NCBI GenBank assembly: GCA_963724655.1 | Contig: CAVRVG010000009.1 | Location: 46,555-110,554 of the forward strand | Direction of reading: 5' to 3' | From: an uncultured Actinomycetes bacterium | GTDB lineage: Bacteria; Actinomycetota; Thermoleophilia; Gaiellales; Gaiellaceae | DNA: 64,000 nt | Shown: positions 30,610-41,717 of the stretch, piece by piece | Layout: every line of letters starts with the position of its first letter | How positions within the stretch are numbered: position 1 is the stretch's first letter | The notes under the pieces: model-generated | What the model saw: only the letters and a program-made list of their open reading frames with translations | Database searches by the model: none | What the model was told of the DNA's origin: nothing | Position numbers and translations under genes: made by a program

Positions 30610-31584
30610 ATGAGGTCCAGGCTCGAGCTCCGCCCTTTCGTCGATGACGACCTCGACGCCGCAGCCGGCCTCCTGGCAGAGCGGCACGCACGGCACCGGG
30701 TCGCGTTTCCGGCCCTTGATCCGAGCTTCGAGGATCACGATGCGGCGCGGCTCGAGATCCGCGCGCTCTGGGAACAGGACAGTGCGTCGGGTGGCGTCGC
30801 ACTGCGCGATGGGAGCGTCGTCGGGTTCATGGTCGGGATCCACAAGGACGACGCGACGTGGGGCCCGAACGTCTGGATCGACGCGGCCGGCCACGCTGCC
30901 TCGAGCTCCGAAGACGTTCGCGACCTCTACGGCTTTCTCGCTGAGCAATGGGTCGCTGCTGGACGATCGGCCCACACGGTCGTTGTTCCCGCGAGCGAGA
31001 GCGACCTCGTCGACAGTTGGTTTCGCCTCGGGTTCGGTCATCAGCATGTCCACGCGATCCGCGACGCACCTGCCGCCGACGCGCGCGCATTCCAGCCATC
31101 GGACGTTCGGATCCGAGAGGCAACGCGTAGCGATCTCGATGCGCTCGCCAGGCTCGACCTCCTCCTCCCCGCCCACCAGGAGCTCTCACCGGTGTTCGTG
31201 CGACAGGCATCACCGACGCTCTCCGAGGCGAAGGCCGAGTGGGAAGAGGACTGGGGTGACGAGCGGTTCACCCCGCTGGTCGCCGAGCTGGACGGGGTCG
31301 TCGTGGGGTCCGCGATCGCTTGTCCCATCGATGTTTCGTCGCTGCATCAAGGTCTCGCGCGCCCGCCCGGTGCGGGTTTCCTCGGGTTCGCAGCAGTCGC
31401 GCCCGAGGCGCGTGGCCGCGGGGTCGGGCGAGCTCTCGGCGAGGCCGTGCTCGTCTGGGCCCGAGAGTCAGGTCACGCAACCGTTGTCGTCGATTGGCGG
31501 ATGACGAATCTGCTCTCGTCTCGCATCTGGCCGCAGCTCGGCTTCGTGCCGACCTTCTTCAGGCTGCACCGGACGATCGCCTAG
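30610..31584 (+). CDS. Tandem-domain GNAT-family N-acetyltransferase
   Basis: Two GNAT-like halves; the C-terminal half has VAPEARGRGVGRAL and N..S..IWPQLGF. Confidence 0.85.
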   Translation: MRSRLELRPFVDDDLDAAAGLLAERHARHRVAFPALDPSFEDHDAARLEIRALWEQDSASGGVALRDGSVVGFMVGIHKDDATWGPNVWIDAAGHAASSSEDVRDLYGFLAEQWVAAGRSAHTVVVPASESDLVDSWFRLGFGHQHVHAIRDAPAADARAFQPSDVRIREATRSDLDALARLDLLLPAHQELSPVFVRQASPTLSEAKAEWEEDWGDERFTPLVAELDGVVVGSAIACPIDVSSLHQGLARPPGAGFLGFAAVAPEARGRGVGRALGEAVLVWARESGHATVVVDWRMTNLLSSRIWPQLGFVPTFFRLHRTIA

Positions 31585-31592
31585 AGCCTGAG

Positions 31593-33101
31593 ATGCGCGT
31601 CCCCGTACTCTCCGGCTCGCGTGTGGTGGTGGCGACGTTCCCGTCGCAGGCGCAGCTGCTCGTCCCGCCGCCCCCGCTCGACACGCTCAGCGACATCGGC
31701 CCGGCCGTCGCCGAAGCGATGCGATACCCGCTGTCGGGACGCCCGCTTGCCGAGCTTGCGACGCGGGACGGCCGCGTCACCGTCGTCGTGGAGCCGCCGC
31801 TGCTGCCACTCCCGGGGACGATCGACGATCCGCGACGCGATGCGCTGGCCTGTGTTCTGGACGAGCTGACAGCAGCGGGAATCCCCGCCGAGCACCAGAC
31901 GCTGCTCGTCGCCGGAGGGCTCGAACGCCGGGCGGGGCGTGAGCAGCTGGACTGGCTCCTGCGTCCTGCTCGGGCGCGGGACTTCCGCGGCACGCTCGTC
32001 GTTCACGACTGCGAGGCGGATGACCTCGTGCGACTCGAGACCGACGCAGAGGTTGCGGTTCGCGTCAATCCGGCACTCATCGAGACCGACCTCGTGGTCA
32101 CGGTCACGGCGGCCGAGACAGTTCTCCATGGAGGCCCGGCAGCGCTGCTTGGTGCGTGCTCGGTCGGCGCGCTCCGAGCTGCCGACGCAGAGTCCCTGCT
32201 CGAACCGCACACCGCGCGTGGGTGGGCGCTCGCCTGCGCGATCGAAGACGCCCTCACCCGGCTTCATCCCGTACTCGGCGTCTCGGTGCTCCTCGATCTG
32301 CCCCAGGCGAAAGGGCCGTACCACGGCTACCCCTGGGATCCCGAGGCGCGAACAGCTCTCGCCGGCTCGGTCTTGCGGCGGCTTCTGAACGCCGCCCCCG
32401 AGGCCGTCCGTCGCGCTGCGCTTCAGAAGGGCGCCCACGAGCTCTCACCCGTCGCGGTCATGGCCGGCCCGCCTTCGGTCGCTCACGCCGAGGCGCTCCT
32501 CCGCGGCATTTCGCTTCGCGCGGCAACGCTCGAGGAGCCGCTCGACACGATCGTGGTGCCGGTTCCGTGGAAGGACGCGCACCGGCCCCGCGAGGCACCG
32601 AATCCGGTGACCGCGTCGGCGATCGGCCTCGGACTTGCGATGCGACTCTGGCGCGACCGCTCGCCGCTCGTCGAAGGAGGCACGATCATCCTTCTACACC
32701 CGTTCTCCCGCACGATTGGCCATGGCCCGCAGGCCCCGTACCGCGCGTTGCTCGCGGCGCTTCGCGACGGTCCGGCCGGCGCCCGAATCCGCGAGGCAGA
32801 AGCCGTCGCGGGTCGCGATCGGCGGGCCCTGTCCGCGTACCGCGCGGGACGGGCTCCGCACCCGCGGCTGCCGTTCGCCGACTGGGACGCGTGCCGTCCT
32901 GCCCGCGAGCGCGCCGGTCGCATCATTGTCGCCGGTTGCCGCGACGCGAGCGCGGCTCGTTCGCTCGGGTTCGTGCCAAGCCACAACCTTGCGACCGCCG
33001 TGGACATGGCGCTGGGGCTCTCGGACGGCGGTCGGTTCGGCGTGTTGCTGACGCCGCCCTATGTTCCGATCGTGCCCCCACCGGTTCAGGCTTCAGCCTG
33101 A
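31593..33101 (+). CDS. Lactate racemase (LarA/DUF2088) domain protein, divergent
   Basis: A..A.RYPLSGRPL.EL, VTVVV, LLVAGGLERR, LVVHDCE, VRVNPALIETDLVV, C-terminal SLGFVP; the fold pattern of the LarA N-terminal family. Confidence 0.7.
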   Translation: MRVPVLSGSRVVVATFPSQAQLLVPPPPLDTLSDIGPAVAEAMRYPLSGRPLAELATRDGRVTVVVEPPLLPLPGTIDDPRRDALACVLDELTAAGIPAEHQTLLVAGGLERRAGREQLDWLLRPARARDFRGTLVVHDCEADDLVRLETDAEVAVRVNPALIETDLVVTVTAAETVLHGGPAALLGACSVGALRAADAESLLEPHTARGWALACAIEDALTRLHPVLGVSVLLDLPQAKGPYHGYPWDPEARTALAGSVLRRLLNAAPEAVRRAALQKGAHELSPVAVMAGPPSVAHAEALLRGISLRAATLEEPLDTIVVPVPWKDAHRPREAPNPVTASAIGLGLAMRLWRDRSPLVEGGTIILLHPFSRTIGHGPQAPYRALLAALRDGPAGARIREAEAVAGRDRRALSAYRAGRAPHPRLPFADWDACRPARERAGRIIVAGCRDASAARSLGFVPSHNLATAVDMALGLSDGGRFGVLLTPPYVPIVPPPVQASA

Positions 33102-33124
33102 GCGCGCCGGCAGGCGCTCAGAGC

Positions 33125-33847
33125 TCAGTCCAACCCGAGGTACGCCTTCTGGACGCGCTCGTTCGTCTTGAGCTCGGCGGAGGGCCCTTCGAGGGTGATC
33201 TGGCCCGTCTCCATCACGTAGGCGCGGTTCGCGACATCGAGCGCCATCAGAGCGTTCTGCTCGACCAGGAGGACGGGCGTGCCCTGCGCATTGATCTCGA
33301 TCACGATCTCGAAGATCTTCTCGACGAAGATCGGCGCCAGCCCCATCGACGGCTCGTCGAGAAGGAGCAGCCGGGGACGAGCCATGAGCGCGCGGCCGAT
33401 CGCGCACATCTGTTGCTCGCCGCCGGACATCGTCCCGGCCTTCTGTGTCCGGCGTTCGAAGAGGCGGGGGAACAGCTCGAAGACTCGATCCATGTCGCCC
33501 GCGAAGTTCTCCTTGTCGGTGCGCTGGAAGGCGCCCATCTCGAGGTTCTCGATCACCGTCATCCGGGGAAAGAGGCGACGTCCCTCCGGGCTCTGGGCGA
33601 TGCCGTTCTTGACGATCGAATGCGGGGTCGCGGCCGTGATGTCCTGACCGTCGAACCGGATCGTTCCCTGCCTCGGCCGGTTGAGCCCGTTGATCGCCCG
33701 CAGGGTCGTCGACTTTCCCGCGCCGTTCGCGCCGATCAACGTGACGATCTCGCCCGCGCCGACCCGGATCGAGACGCCCTTGAGCGCGTGGATCGCGCCG
33801 TAGTAGACGTGAAGGTCTTCCAGGGTCAGGATGTCGCCGTCGCTCAC
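33125..33847 (-). CDS. livF: Branched-chain amino acid ABC transporter ATP-binding protein
   Basis: GANGAGKST, PEGRRLF, MSGGEQQM, LLLDEPSMGLAP. Confidence 0.93.
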   Translation of the reverse strand: MSDGDILTLEDLHVYYGAIHALKGVSIRVGAGEIVTLIGANGAGKSTTLRAINGLNRPRQGTIRFDGQDITAATPHSIVKNGIAQSPEGRRLFPRMTVIENLEMGAFQRTDKENFAGDMDRVFELFPRLFERRTQKAGTMSGGEQQMCAIGRALMARPRLLLLDEPSMGLAPIFVEKIFEIVIEINAQGTPVLLVEQNALMALDVANRAYVMETGQITLEGPSAELKTNERVQKAYLGLD

Positions 33848-34620
33848 GCGGCAGCTCCCTTCCCGAGGTACGCCTCGATGACACGCTCGTTCACCTGAAT
33901 CTCGGCCGGCGACCCCTCGGCGATCTTGGCGCCGTACTCGAGCACCGTGATCCGCTCGGACACGCCCATCACGACCTTCATGTCGTGCTCGATCAGCAGC
34001 ACGGTGAGGCCCTTCTCATCCCGGGCGCGACGGACGAACGCGGTGAAGTCCGCTGTCTCCTGGGGATTCATTCCGGCGGTCGGCTCGTCGAGCAGCAACA
34101 GCTTGGGGTCGGTTGCGAGCGCCCGCGCAGCTTCGAGGCGCCGCTGATCGCCGTAGGGAAGCGTTCCGGCGTACTCCTCGTGCCGGCGCGGCAGGCCGCA
34201 GTACACGAGGAGCTCGCGGGCTCGGTCGTAGGCGGCCTTCTCCTCGGCTCTCACCCTGCGGGTTCCGAGGATCGAGCCGAGGATCCCGCCCTTGAGGCGG
34301 CAATGCATTCCCACGAGGACGTTCTCGACGGCGGTCATCTGGGCGAAGAGGCGGATGTTCTGGAACGTCCGACCGACGCCGAGCTCGACGATCGCGTGGG
34401 GCGGTTTCCCGACCACCTCATTCCCGTCGAACACGATCGACCCGGAGGTGGGGACGTACACCCCGGTGATCTGGTTGAAGAACGTCGTCTTCCCGGCACC
34501 GTTCGGCCCGATCAACGCAACGATCGAGCCGCGCGGGATCGTGAAGTCGACGTCATCGGTGGCGACCAGGCCGCCGAACTCCTTGCGGACCTTCGTGGCG
34601 ACGAGGAGGTTGTCGGCCAT
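33844..34620 (-). CDS. livG: Branched-chain amino acid ABC transporter ATP-binding protein
   Basis: FGGLVA, GPNGAGKTT, RTFQNIRLF, LPYGDQRRLE, LLDEPTAG, VIEAYLG. Confidence 0.93.
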   Translation of the reverse strand: MADNLLVATKVRKEFGGLVATDDVDFTIPRGSIVALIGPNGAGKTTFFNQITGVYVPTSGSIVFDGNEVVGKPPHAIVELGVGRTFQNIRLFAQMTAVENVLVGMHCRLKGGILGSILGTRRVRAEEKAAYDRARELLVYCGLPRRHEEYAGTLPYGDQRRLEAARALATDPKLLLLDEPTAGMNPQETADFTAFVRRARDEKGLTVLLIEHDMKVVMGVSERITVLEYGAKIAEGSPAEIQVNERVIEAYLGKGAAA

Positions 34621-35829
34621 CAGTCGTCCGACCCGTCGCGATCGGTGAGCGTGCCTTCGTGCTGCACATCGTAGAACGGGGTGTCGTGAACACCCTCCTC
34701 CAACTCGATCTTGTGACGTCTCTCGGGGATCAACCCGGTCGGTCGGAAGAGCATCATCAGCACGATGATCACGCCGTAGATCCCGAACTGGTACTTCGTC
34801 GGGTCGAAGTCGAGTCCCGCGTTCTGGACCTTCGAGCCAATGGTGGCGAGCCCCTCGATGTTCAGGTAGCCGAGGATCATCCCACCGACGAGCACGCCCC
34901 AGATCGAGCCCATCCCACCCAGGATGACCATGCAGAGCAGGAAGATCGAGACGTTGAAGTAGAAGTCCGCCGGGAAGGCACCGGCCTTGAAGCTCGCGTA
35001 GAACGCGCCTGCGACGCCACCGAAGAAGGCGCCGATCGCGTACGACCACGTCTTCGTGCGCATCAGGGGAACACCCATCGCGGCCGCCGCGGTCTCGTCT
35101 TCGCGGATCGCGATCCAGGCCCGACCGAGCCGCGAGTCCCGGAGGCGCACGCAGCAGAAGATCGTGAACAGAAGCAAGCCGATGGCAGTCCAGTAGTAGA
35201 GCTCCGCGCCCCTGTCCTGTGTCCGGAACGCATACGAGCCAAAGCCGAGCGAGTCGATCGGGCTGATGCCGAACGTTCCGTGCGTGAGATCGAACCCACC
35301 GAGCGAGTCTCCGTTACGCACGAACTGCGGCACGATCTCGCCGAACCCGAGCGTCACGATCGCGAGGTAGTCGCCGCGAAGTCTCAGCGTGGGCACGCCG
35401 ATCACGATGCCGACGAGCAAGCGTGAAGATGCCGGCGAGGGGCAGAATGAGCCACATCGAGAGGTGGATACCGGGAACGCTGTTGTGGACGGTCGAGCCG
35501 AGGTGCGCCGTGACCTGCTCGAACTGCTGCGAGGCGAACCAGCCGGCGACGTACGCGCCGGCGGCATAGAACGCGACGTAGCCGAGGTCGAGAAGCCCTG
35601 CGTAGCCGACGACGACGTTGAGCCCGAGCGCCATCATCGTGAACACGACCATGACGACCATCGAGTCGGTTCGCGGCAGGAAATCGCCGATCAGCGGCAG
35701 CGTCTTGAGGCTGTCGATGATGAGCGGGTAGACGAGGCCCAGGACGAGCAGCCCGGCCGCTATCCACCAGGTCCGGTCGGCCTTGAACCGGTCGACGAGA
35801 CCACTCGTGCGGGCGCCGGCGTCAGGCAC
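34620..35829 (-). CDS. livM: Branched-chain amino acid ABC transporter permease; frameshift near 35420
   Basis: ALGLNVVVGYAGLLDLGYVAF, PTLRLRGDYLAIVTLGFGEI, SRLGRAWIAIREDE.AA. Confidence 0.9.
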
Positions 35830-36862
35830 CTTCGGGTGTCCTCTCCCCGAGAATTCCCTCGGGTCGGAAGACGAGAACGGCGATGAGGATCCCGAAGACG
35901 ATCGAGCGGGTCCAGTCGCTGCCCGGGGTGCCGTCGAGCCCCTCGTTGAACGCCTGCACGAGCCCGATCACCATCGCGCCGACGACCGCCCCCGTGAGGT
36001 TGCCGATTCCGCCGAGCACCGCCGCCGTGAACGCGATCAGACCGAGCTCGAAGCCGGTGTCGTAGCGCATGTTGAACTGAAGCAGGTAGACGAGCCCGGC
36101 GGCCGCCGCGAGGGAACCGGCGATGAAGAAGGTCACCGAGATCGTCCGGTTGACGTCGATTCCCATCATCGCCGAAGCCTCGGTGTCCTGAGCGACGGCA
36201 CGCATCGCCTTCCCCTGCTTCGTGGAGCGGACGAACCAGGTGAGCACCATGAGCACAGGAGCGACGATCGCGATGACCGCGAGCTTGTTCCACTGGATCG
36301 TGACATCGCCGATCGAGATTGCAGCGGTCCGAGGAATGAAATTCGGGACCGACTCGAAGTCGACACCGTAGAGGGCGAGCGACAGGTTCTGGATCACAAA
36401 CGACACGCCGACGGCAGTGATCAATGGTGCCAGCCTCGGCGCGCTTCGCAATGGCTTGTAGGCGACTCTCTCGATTCCCGCGTTGAACAACGCAAACGTC
36501 GGTGCAGTGATCGCCAGCGTGATCAGCAGCCCGCCGATGATCCAGATGACGCTCGCGCCCACGTCGAGTCCTAGCACCGACACGATGATGGTGCTCGAGA
36601 CGAGACCCGACAGGGCGAACACGTCGCCGTGGGCGAAGTTGATCAGCTGGAGGATCCCGTACACGAGCGTGTAACCGAGCGCCACCAGCCCGTAGACGGC
36701 TCCGTTCGTGAACCCGATCACGCCGACGTTGACGAACCGCGTCGGGTCGTCGAAGAACTTGAGCACCAGCCAGAGCAGCAGGAGCGTGAGGAGCGCAAGC
36801 CCGATCAGGTCGACGATGCTCGACCTACGGAGCCGTTTCAGCAGTTCACTCGCGTTCGGCAT
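35822..36862 (-). CDS. livH: Branched-chain amino acid ABC transporter permease
   Basis: GAVYGLVALGYTLVYGILQLINFAHG, GKAMRAVAQD, AFTAAVLGGIG, RPEGILG. Confidence 0.93.
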   Translation of the reverse strand: MPNASELLKRLRRSSIVDLIGLALLTLLLLWLVLKFFDDPTRFVNVGVIGFTNGAVYGLVALGYTLVYGILQLINFAHGDVFALSGLVSSTIIVSVLGLDVGASVIWIIGGLLITLAITAPTFALFNAGIERVAYKPLRSAPRLAPLITAVGVSFVIQNLSLALYGVDFESVPNFIPRTAAISIGDVTIQWNKLAVIAIVAPVLMVLTWFVRSTKQGKAMRAVAQDTEASAMMGIDVNRTISVTFFIAGSLAAAAGLVYLLQFNMRYDTGFELGLIAFTAAVLGGIGNLTGAVVGAMVIGLVQAFNEGLDGTPGSDWTRSIVFGILIAVLVFRPEGILGERTPEGA

Positions 36863-36876
36863 GCCGCGCGACTCTA

Positions 36877-36924
36877 AAGAAAAATGCCGGGCGGTGGAAG
36901 GGCGAGGCCCTTCCACCGCCCGGC
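36877..36924 (-). terminator. Intrinsic terminator/attenuator between the substrate-binding gene and livH
   Basis: Perfect 18-bp stem (gccgggcggtggaagggc / gcccttccaccgcccggc) with a 3-nt loop, followed on the minus strand by ATTTTTCTTT. Confidence 0.85.
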
Positions 36925-36946
36925 GGCGGTTCCGTTCCGGTGTCGC

Positions 36947-38296
36947 CTAGGCGGCGCCGGCGGCAGTCACCGTCTCAGGCTTCGGCGAGACGACGGTGGG
37001 GTTGGCGAGCTCTGTGGTCGCCTCGTAGATCGTGAAGCCGACCACGGCCCCGGCGGCGTTCTCCGGGTCACCGTTGTCGCTGATCCCGAACGAGCCGAGC
37101 AGCCCGTCGGTGACCTCGGTCTCGAACATCTTCGCGATCACGTCCGTGCGTGTTCCGTCGGACGCCGCGATCGCGTCGAACAGGACCTGTGCGGCCTGCG
37201 CGCCGTAGATCGCGTACGGGTCGATCTTCTTGCCCGAGAGCGGGCCTGCGAGGAGCGCGTCGATGAACTCCTTGGCAGGACCCTGGAAGTTGTCGATCGG
37301 CACGCCTGCAACGGACAGGAACGAGCCCTTCGCGGCACCTCCCGACTCGTCGATCGTGGACTGGGTGGTGAACCCGTCGGGCATGTACAGCTTCACTGCG
37401 CCGTCGTTGGCACCGAGCACGGCCACCTTGTCCTTGATCACCTGCGCACCGTTCTCGTCGATCAGGCCGCCGAGGAAGACTGCGTCCGCCCCGGTGCCCT
37501 GGATCTTCTTGAACAGCGCCTCGTAGCTCGCGGCCTTCGGATCCCAGGACTCGAAGCCCGCGACCTCGATGCCGAGACTCTCGGCCGCCTTGCGGAAGGT
37601 CGTTGCGACGCCGAGGCCGTAGGCCTCCTTGTCGTTGAGTATGAAGACCTTCTTGGTGCCCTTCGACTGGGCGAACTCGGCCACGGCCGCGCCCTGGTAG
37701 TCGTCGGCCGGAACGACGCGCGCGTAGTTGCGCGTGCCCGCCGGGTAGTACTTGTCCGGCTCGGTCGTGTCACAACCACCCGGCAGGTTCACCGTGAGGC
37801 AGGGATACGTGTTCGCCGGTGAGATCATCGGGATCCCGCCGTCGGCCGCCTCGTTGAGCACGGGGATCTCGATCCCGGCGCAGCCCGAGTTGAACGTGCC
37901 GATCACGCCGATCACCTTGTCGTTCGCGGCGTAGGCGTTCGCGTTGGCCGAGCACTTGCCCGAGTCCCACTTGCCCGCCTGCGCGGTCGCGTCGTCGCAC
38001 GACTGGAAGCCGATGTTGTAGTCGCCGGCCTTCCACTCGCGGTTTGTCAGCTCGAGCCGAATCGCTGCAACGATCTGCTCGGTCTGGGTGCGCGACGAAC
38101 CCTGCAGCGGGAAATCGGACGCCACGATGTAATCCGGGTCCCCGTCGCCCTCGTACTCGATTGCCGTACACGACGACGACGGCAATGCTTCAGGCGCCGC
38201 TCCGCCGCCATCATCGCCACCACAACCGGCGGCAACGAGCGCCAGCGCGGCTACGAGTGAGCCAGCGGCAAGCGTCCCTTTCATCTTCAGCGTCAA
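36947..38296 (-). CDS. Branched-chain amino acid ABC transporter substrate-binding lipoprotein (LivJ/K-like)
   Basis: Lipobox LVAAGC, GTFNSG, MISPANT, D.YQG, YG.G; TTG start after GGAGGAGGAGG. Confidence 0.9.
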   Translation of the reverse strand: MTLKMKGTLAAGSLVAALALVAAGCGGDDGGGAAPEALPSSSCTAIEYEGDGDPDYIVASDFPLQGSSRTQTEQIVAAIRLELTNREWKAGDYNIGFQSCDDATAQAGKWDSGKCSANANAYAANDKVIGVIGTFNSGCAGIEIPVLNEAADGGIPMISPANTYPCLTVNLPGGCDTTEPDKYYPAGTRNYARVVPADDYQGAAVAEFAQSKGTKKVFILNDKEAYGLGVATTFRKAAESLGIEVAGFESWDPKAASYEALFKKIQGTGADAVFLGGLIDENGAQVIKDKVAVLGANDGAVKLYMPDGFTTQSTIDESGGAAKGSFLSVAGVPIDNFQGPAKEFIDALLAGPLSGKKIDPYAIYGAQAAQVLFDAIAASDGTRTDVIAKMFETEVTDGLLGSFGISDNGDPENAAGAVVGFTIYEATTELANPTVVSPKPETVTAAGAA

Positions 38297-38460
38297 GCTG
38301 TCCTCCTCCTCCTGATTGACCGATGGAGCCGCGGTCACCTCGCGGGCATCCCTTGCGTGCCGGGGAGTTTAGGACACAACTGCACCAGAGGGAACACCCT
38401 AACGCGAGGTTCGACACCCTCCCCTCCGCCAGGCCGTACGATTGTCGGAGTTGATTGCAG

Positions 38461-38545
38461 GCCGAAGTGGCGGAATCGGTAGACGCGCTCGACTCAAAAT
38501 CGAGTGCCCCGCAAGGGCGTGTGGGTTCGAGTCCCACCTTCGGCA
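38461..38545 (+). tRNA. tRNA-Leu (anticodon CAA)
   Basis: Acceptor stem GCCGAAG/CTTCGGC plus discriminator A, D-loop GGAATCGGTAGAC, anticodon arm CTCGA-CT-CAA-AA-TCGAG, long variable arm, T-loop GTTCGAGT. CCA is not fully encoded. Confidence 0.97.
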
Positions 38546-38635
38546 CCTGAGCTGTTCCAGCACGCGGAGGGTCACGGCGTGCGAGATAAGTAGGCTTCCC
38601 GAACAAATACGGCAGCAACGACGAGGGAGCGCGAC

Positions 38636-39784
38636 GTGCGAATCGGGATCTTGACGGGTGGCGGTGACGTGCCGGGGCTCAATCCCTGCATCAAGGCAGT
38701 GGTCAACCGGGTGGCGGAGGAAGGTCACGAGGTGATCGGGATCCGGAACGGCTGGGCTCCGCTTCTGCGCCACGACCTCGACGATCCCGAGTCGGCCGCA
38801 CGGTGGTTTCTGCCACTCGATCCCGGCGTCGTCCGCACCATCGACCGAAGCGGCGGCACGTTCCTGCATACGTCCCGCACGAACCCGGGGCGTGTGCGAC
38901 CCGCAGACGTCCCGGCCCACCTCGCACATCGAAACGTCGGCGACGGCCCGTTCGACTTCACGGATCACGCGTTGCGTGTGGTCGAGTCGCTCGGGATCGA
39001 TGTCCTCATCCCCATCGGCGGCGACGACACGCTCTCGTACGCGCTCCGGATGCATGAGGAAGGTGTTCCGGTCATCGCGATTCCGAAGACGATGGACAAC
39101 GACGTCCACGGCACCGACTACTGCATCGGCTTCTCGACCGCTGTCTCACGGGGGGTGCAGTTCATCCACAACCTCCGCACCAGCGCGGGCTCGCACGAAC
39201 GCATCGCGGTCGTCGAGCTGTTCGGGCGCTACAGCGGCGAGACGTCGCTGATCACGGCGTACCTTGCCGGCGTCGACCGGGCAGTGATCTCGGAAGTGCC
39301 GTGCGACGTCGACCGACTCGCCAAGCTCCTCTCCGGCGACAAGCGCGCCAACCCGTCGAACTACGCGATGGTGACGATCTCGGAGGGCGCGACCATCGAA
39401 GGTGGCGACATGATCCTGTCGGGTGACGAGGATGCGTATGGGCATCGCAAGCTCGGCGGCATCGGTCAGATCCTCGGGGAGCTGCTCAAGGAGCGAACCG
39501 GCGACGACATCATCTACCAGCAGGTCGCCTATCTGATGCGCTCGGGCGCGGCGGACTCACTCGATCTGATGGTGGCGACGAACTATGCGGTCATGGCCGC
39601 CGATCTCGCGCTCGAGGGAGCGACGGGACGGTTGGTGGCCCTTCGAAACGGCTCGTACACGACCGCGCCGCTCTCGGCGACCCGCGAGGGAGTCAAGCGT
39701 GTCGACATCGATGAGTTGTACGACGCGGAGGCATATCGGCCGAAGGTCCGTCACGTGACGGGCAAGCCGATGTTCCTGTACTAG
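38636..39784 (+). CDS. pfkA: 6-phosphofructokinase family protein, PPi-type signature
   Basis: [40 protein letters not shown]. Confidence 0.9.
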   Translation: MRIGILTGGGDVPGLNPCIKAVVNRVAEEGHEVIGIRNGWAPLLRHDLDDPESAARWFLPLDPGVVRTIDRSGGTFLHTSRTNPGRVRPADVPAHLAHRNVGDGPFDFTDHALRVVESLGIDVLIPIGGDDTLSYALRMHEEGVPVIAIPKTMDNDVHGTDYCIGFSTAVSRGVQFIHNLRTSAGSHERIAVVELFGRYSGETSLITAYLAGVDRAVISEVPCDVDRLAKLLSGDKRANPSNYAMVTISEGATIEGGDMILSGDEDAYGHRKLGGIGQILGELLKERTGDDIIYQQVAYLMRSGAADSLDLMVATNYAVMAADLALEGATGRLVALRNGSYTTAPLSATREGVKRVDIDELYDAEAYRPKVRHVTGKPMFLY

Positions 39785-39861
39785 CCAGATGGTCGTCCGG
39801 CACCCCAGAGCGCGCGGGAGGCAAGCCCCACCCCCACGCGGGGTGATCTAAGCTCGGCGCC

Positions 39862-40891
39862 ATGGAGGTTCTCGGTGTCCTGACCGCGGGTGGAGACTGT
39901 CCCGGCCTGAACGCCGTCATCCGCGCGGTCGTGACGCGCGCGACGGAGAAGCACGGGATCGAGATCGTCGGGATCCGCAACGGTTGGGACGGCCTGATGG
40001 AGGGTGATACGCAGCCTCTCGACCGAGACGCGGTGCGAGGGATCCTCGCACGGGGCGGAACGATTCTCGGCACCTCACGCAAGGATCCGTACGTCCACGG
40101 AGATGGCTACGCGAGCTGCCGGCGGACAATCGAGCAGAACGGGATCGAGGGCCTCATCGTGATCGGTGGCGACGGAACTCTCCGCTCGGCGCTCAGACTT
40201 CACGAAGAGGGCCTCCCGATCGTCGGGGTACCGAAGACGATCGACAACGACATTCCGGGCACCGACGTGACCTTTGGCTTCGACACGGCGGTGAGCGTCG
40301 CCACGGAGGCACTCGATCGGCTGGCAACGACGGCCGAGTCGCACAACCGGGTGATGGTCGTCGAGGTCATGGGTCGCACGCGAGGCTGGATCGCAACCTA
40401 CGCGGCGATCGCCGCCGGTGCGGACGCGCTCCTGGTGCCCGAGCACCCGTATGTCCTCGAGCAGGTCACGGACATCCTGAAGAAGCGGCACCGGCACGGC
40501 CACACCTACTCGATCGTCGTCGTCGCCGAAGGCGTCCACCCGCCCCCCGGGACCGCGGCAGCGGAGGAGCAACTCGACGCGTTCGGCTTCGAACGGCTCG
40601 GCGGAGTCGCCTACCGGATCGCGCCGGCGCTCGAAGCGCTGACCGGGTTCGAAACCCGGGTGACGGTGCTCGGCCACCTCCAGCGCGGCGGAACGCCAAC
40701 CGCCTTCGATCGTGTTCTCGCGACTCGGTTCGGTGTCGCGGCGGTGGACATCGCCGCGCAGGGCCGCTTTGGAGAGTTCGTAGCGCTGCGTGGGACCGAG
40801 ATGGTCGGGGTGCCGCTCGGCAGAGGCCTGCGCGGAGGTCCGTGGTGTGCCCGACGAGCTCGTGGACATCGCGACGACCTTCTTCGGCTAA
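39862..40891 (+). CDS. pfkA: 6-phosphofructokinase, ATP-type signature; frameshift near 40820
   Basis: LTAGGDCPGLN, GGTILGTSR, IGGDGT, PKTIDND, VEVMGR, LGHLQRGG. Confidence 0.92.
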
Positions 40892-40894
40892 GGC

Positions 40895-41717
40895 ATGGCA
40901 TCGAGCTCGTTTCGACTCGTGGCCGTCGACCTCGATGGAACGCTGCTTCGGTCGGACAGCTCGGTGTCGCAGCGGACGCGCGACGCGATCGAGGCGGTTC
41001 GCAAGGCGGACGCGACGGTGGTGATCGTCACCGCGCGCTCGCCCCGTTCGGTGGGTGACCTCGCGCGAGAGGCTGGGATCGGTGGTTGGGCAATCTGTGC
41101 AAACGGGGCAACGGTCTTCGATCTCGATGCCGGAAAGATCATTCGCCACACCGCGCTTCCGGCCGAGGTGGGGCACCGGATCGCCCTGGCGCTGCGGGCC
41201 CGAGGTGCCGGGCATCGTCTTCGGGTGGGAGCTCGAGCTGCGGTTCGGGAGCGAGCCCGGATACGAGGCGCTCCGCGAGGCGCACTGGTGGCCGCGACCG
41301 GAAGGCTCGTTCCCTCCCTGTGATGTGCTCGACTGGCAGCAGCCGTTCACGAAGCTCCTCGCGCGGGCCGAAGGTGAAGCGCAGGAGCTTGCGTTCGCGG
41401 TTGCTCGAGAGGCAGCACGGGGCGATGCCTCGGTGACGCTGACAGGACAGGCGTTCGTCGAGATGATGGCCGCCGGCGTGACGAAGGGTGCAGCGCTCGC
41501 GCAGTTCGCGAGCGAGCTGGGGATCGATCGCACGGACGTGATCGCCTTCGGCGATCACGTGACAGATGTCGAGATGCTGGAATGGGCGGGGCTCGGCGTC
41601 GCGGTCGCAAACGGACACCCTGCGGCGCTCGCCGTCGCGGACGAGGTCGCCCAAGCGAACGATGAGGACGGGGTCGCGGTGATCCTCGAGCGGCTGAGCT
41701 ACGCCGGCAGCCGGTAG
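40895..41717 (+). CDS. Cof-type HAD-IIB hydrolase; frameshift near 41200
   Basis: DLDGTLL, VTARS, CANGA; the second frame has VTKGAAL, AFGDHVTDVEML, NDEDGVA. Confidence 0.88.

Noticed and set aside
38461-38640. tRNA-Leu as an integration site
   Set aside because: No integrase and no duplicated tRNA 3' end were seen; the flanks are ordinary metabolic genes.
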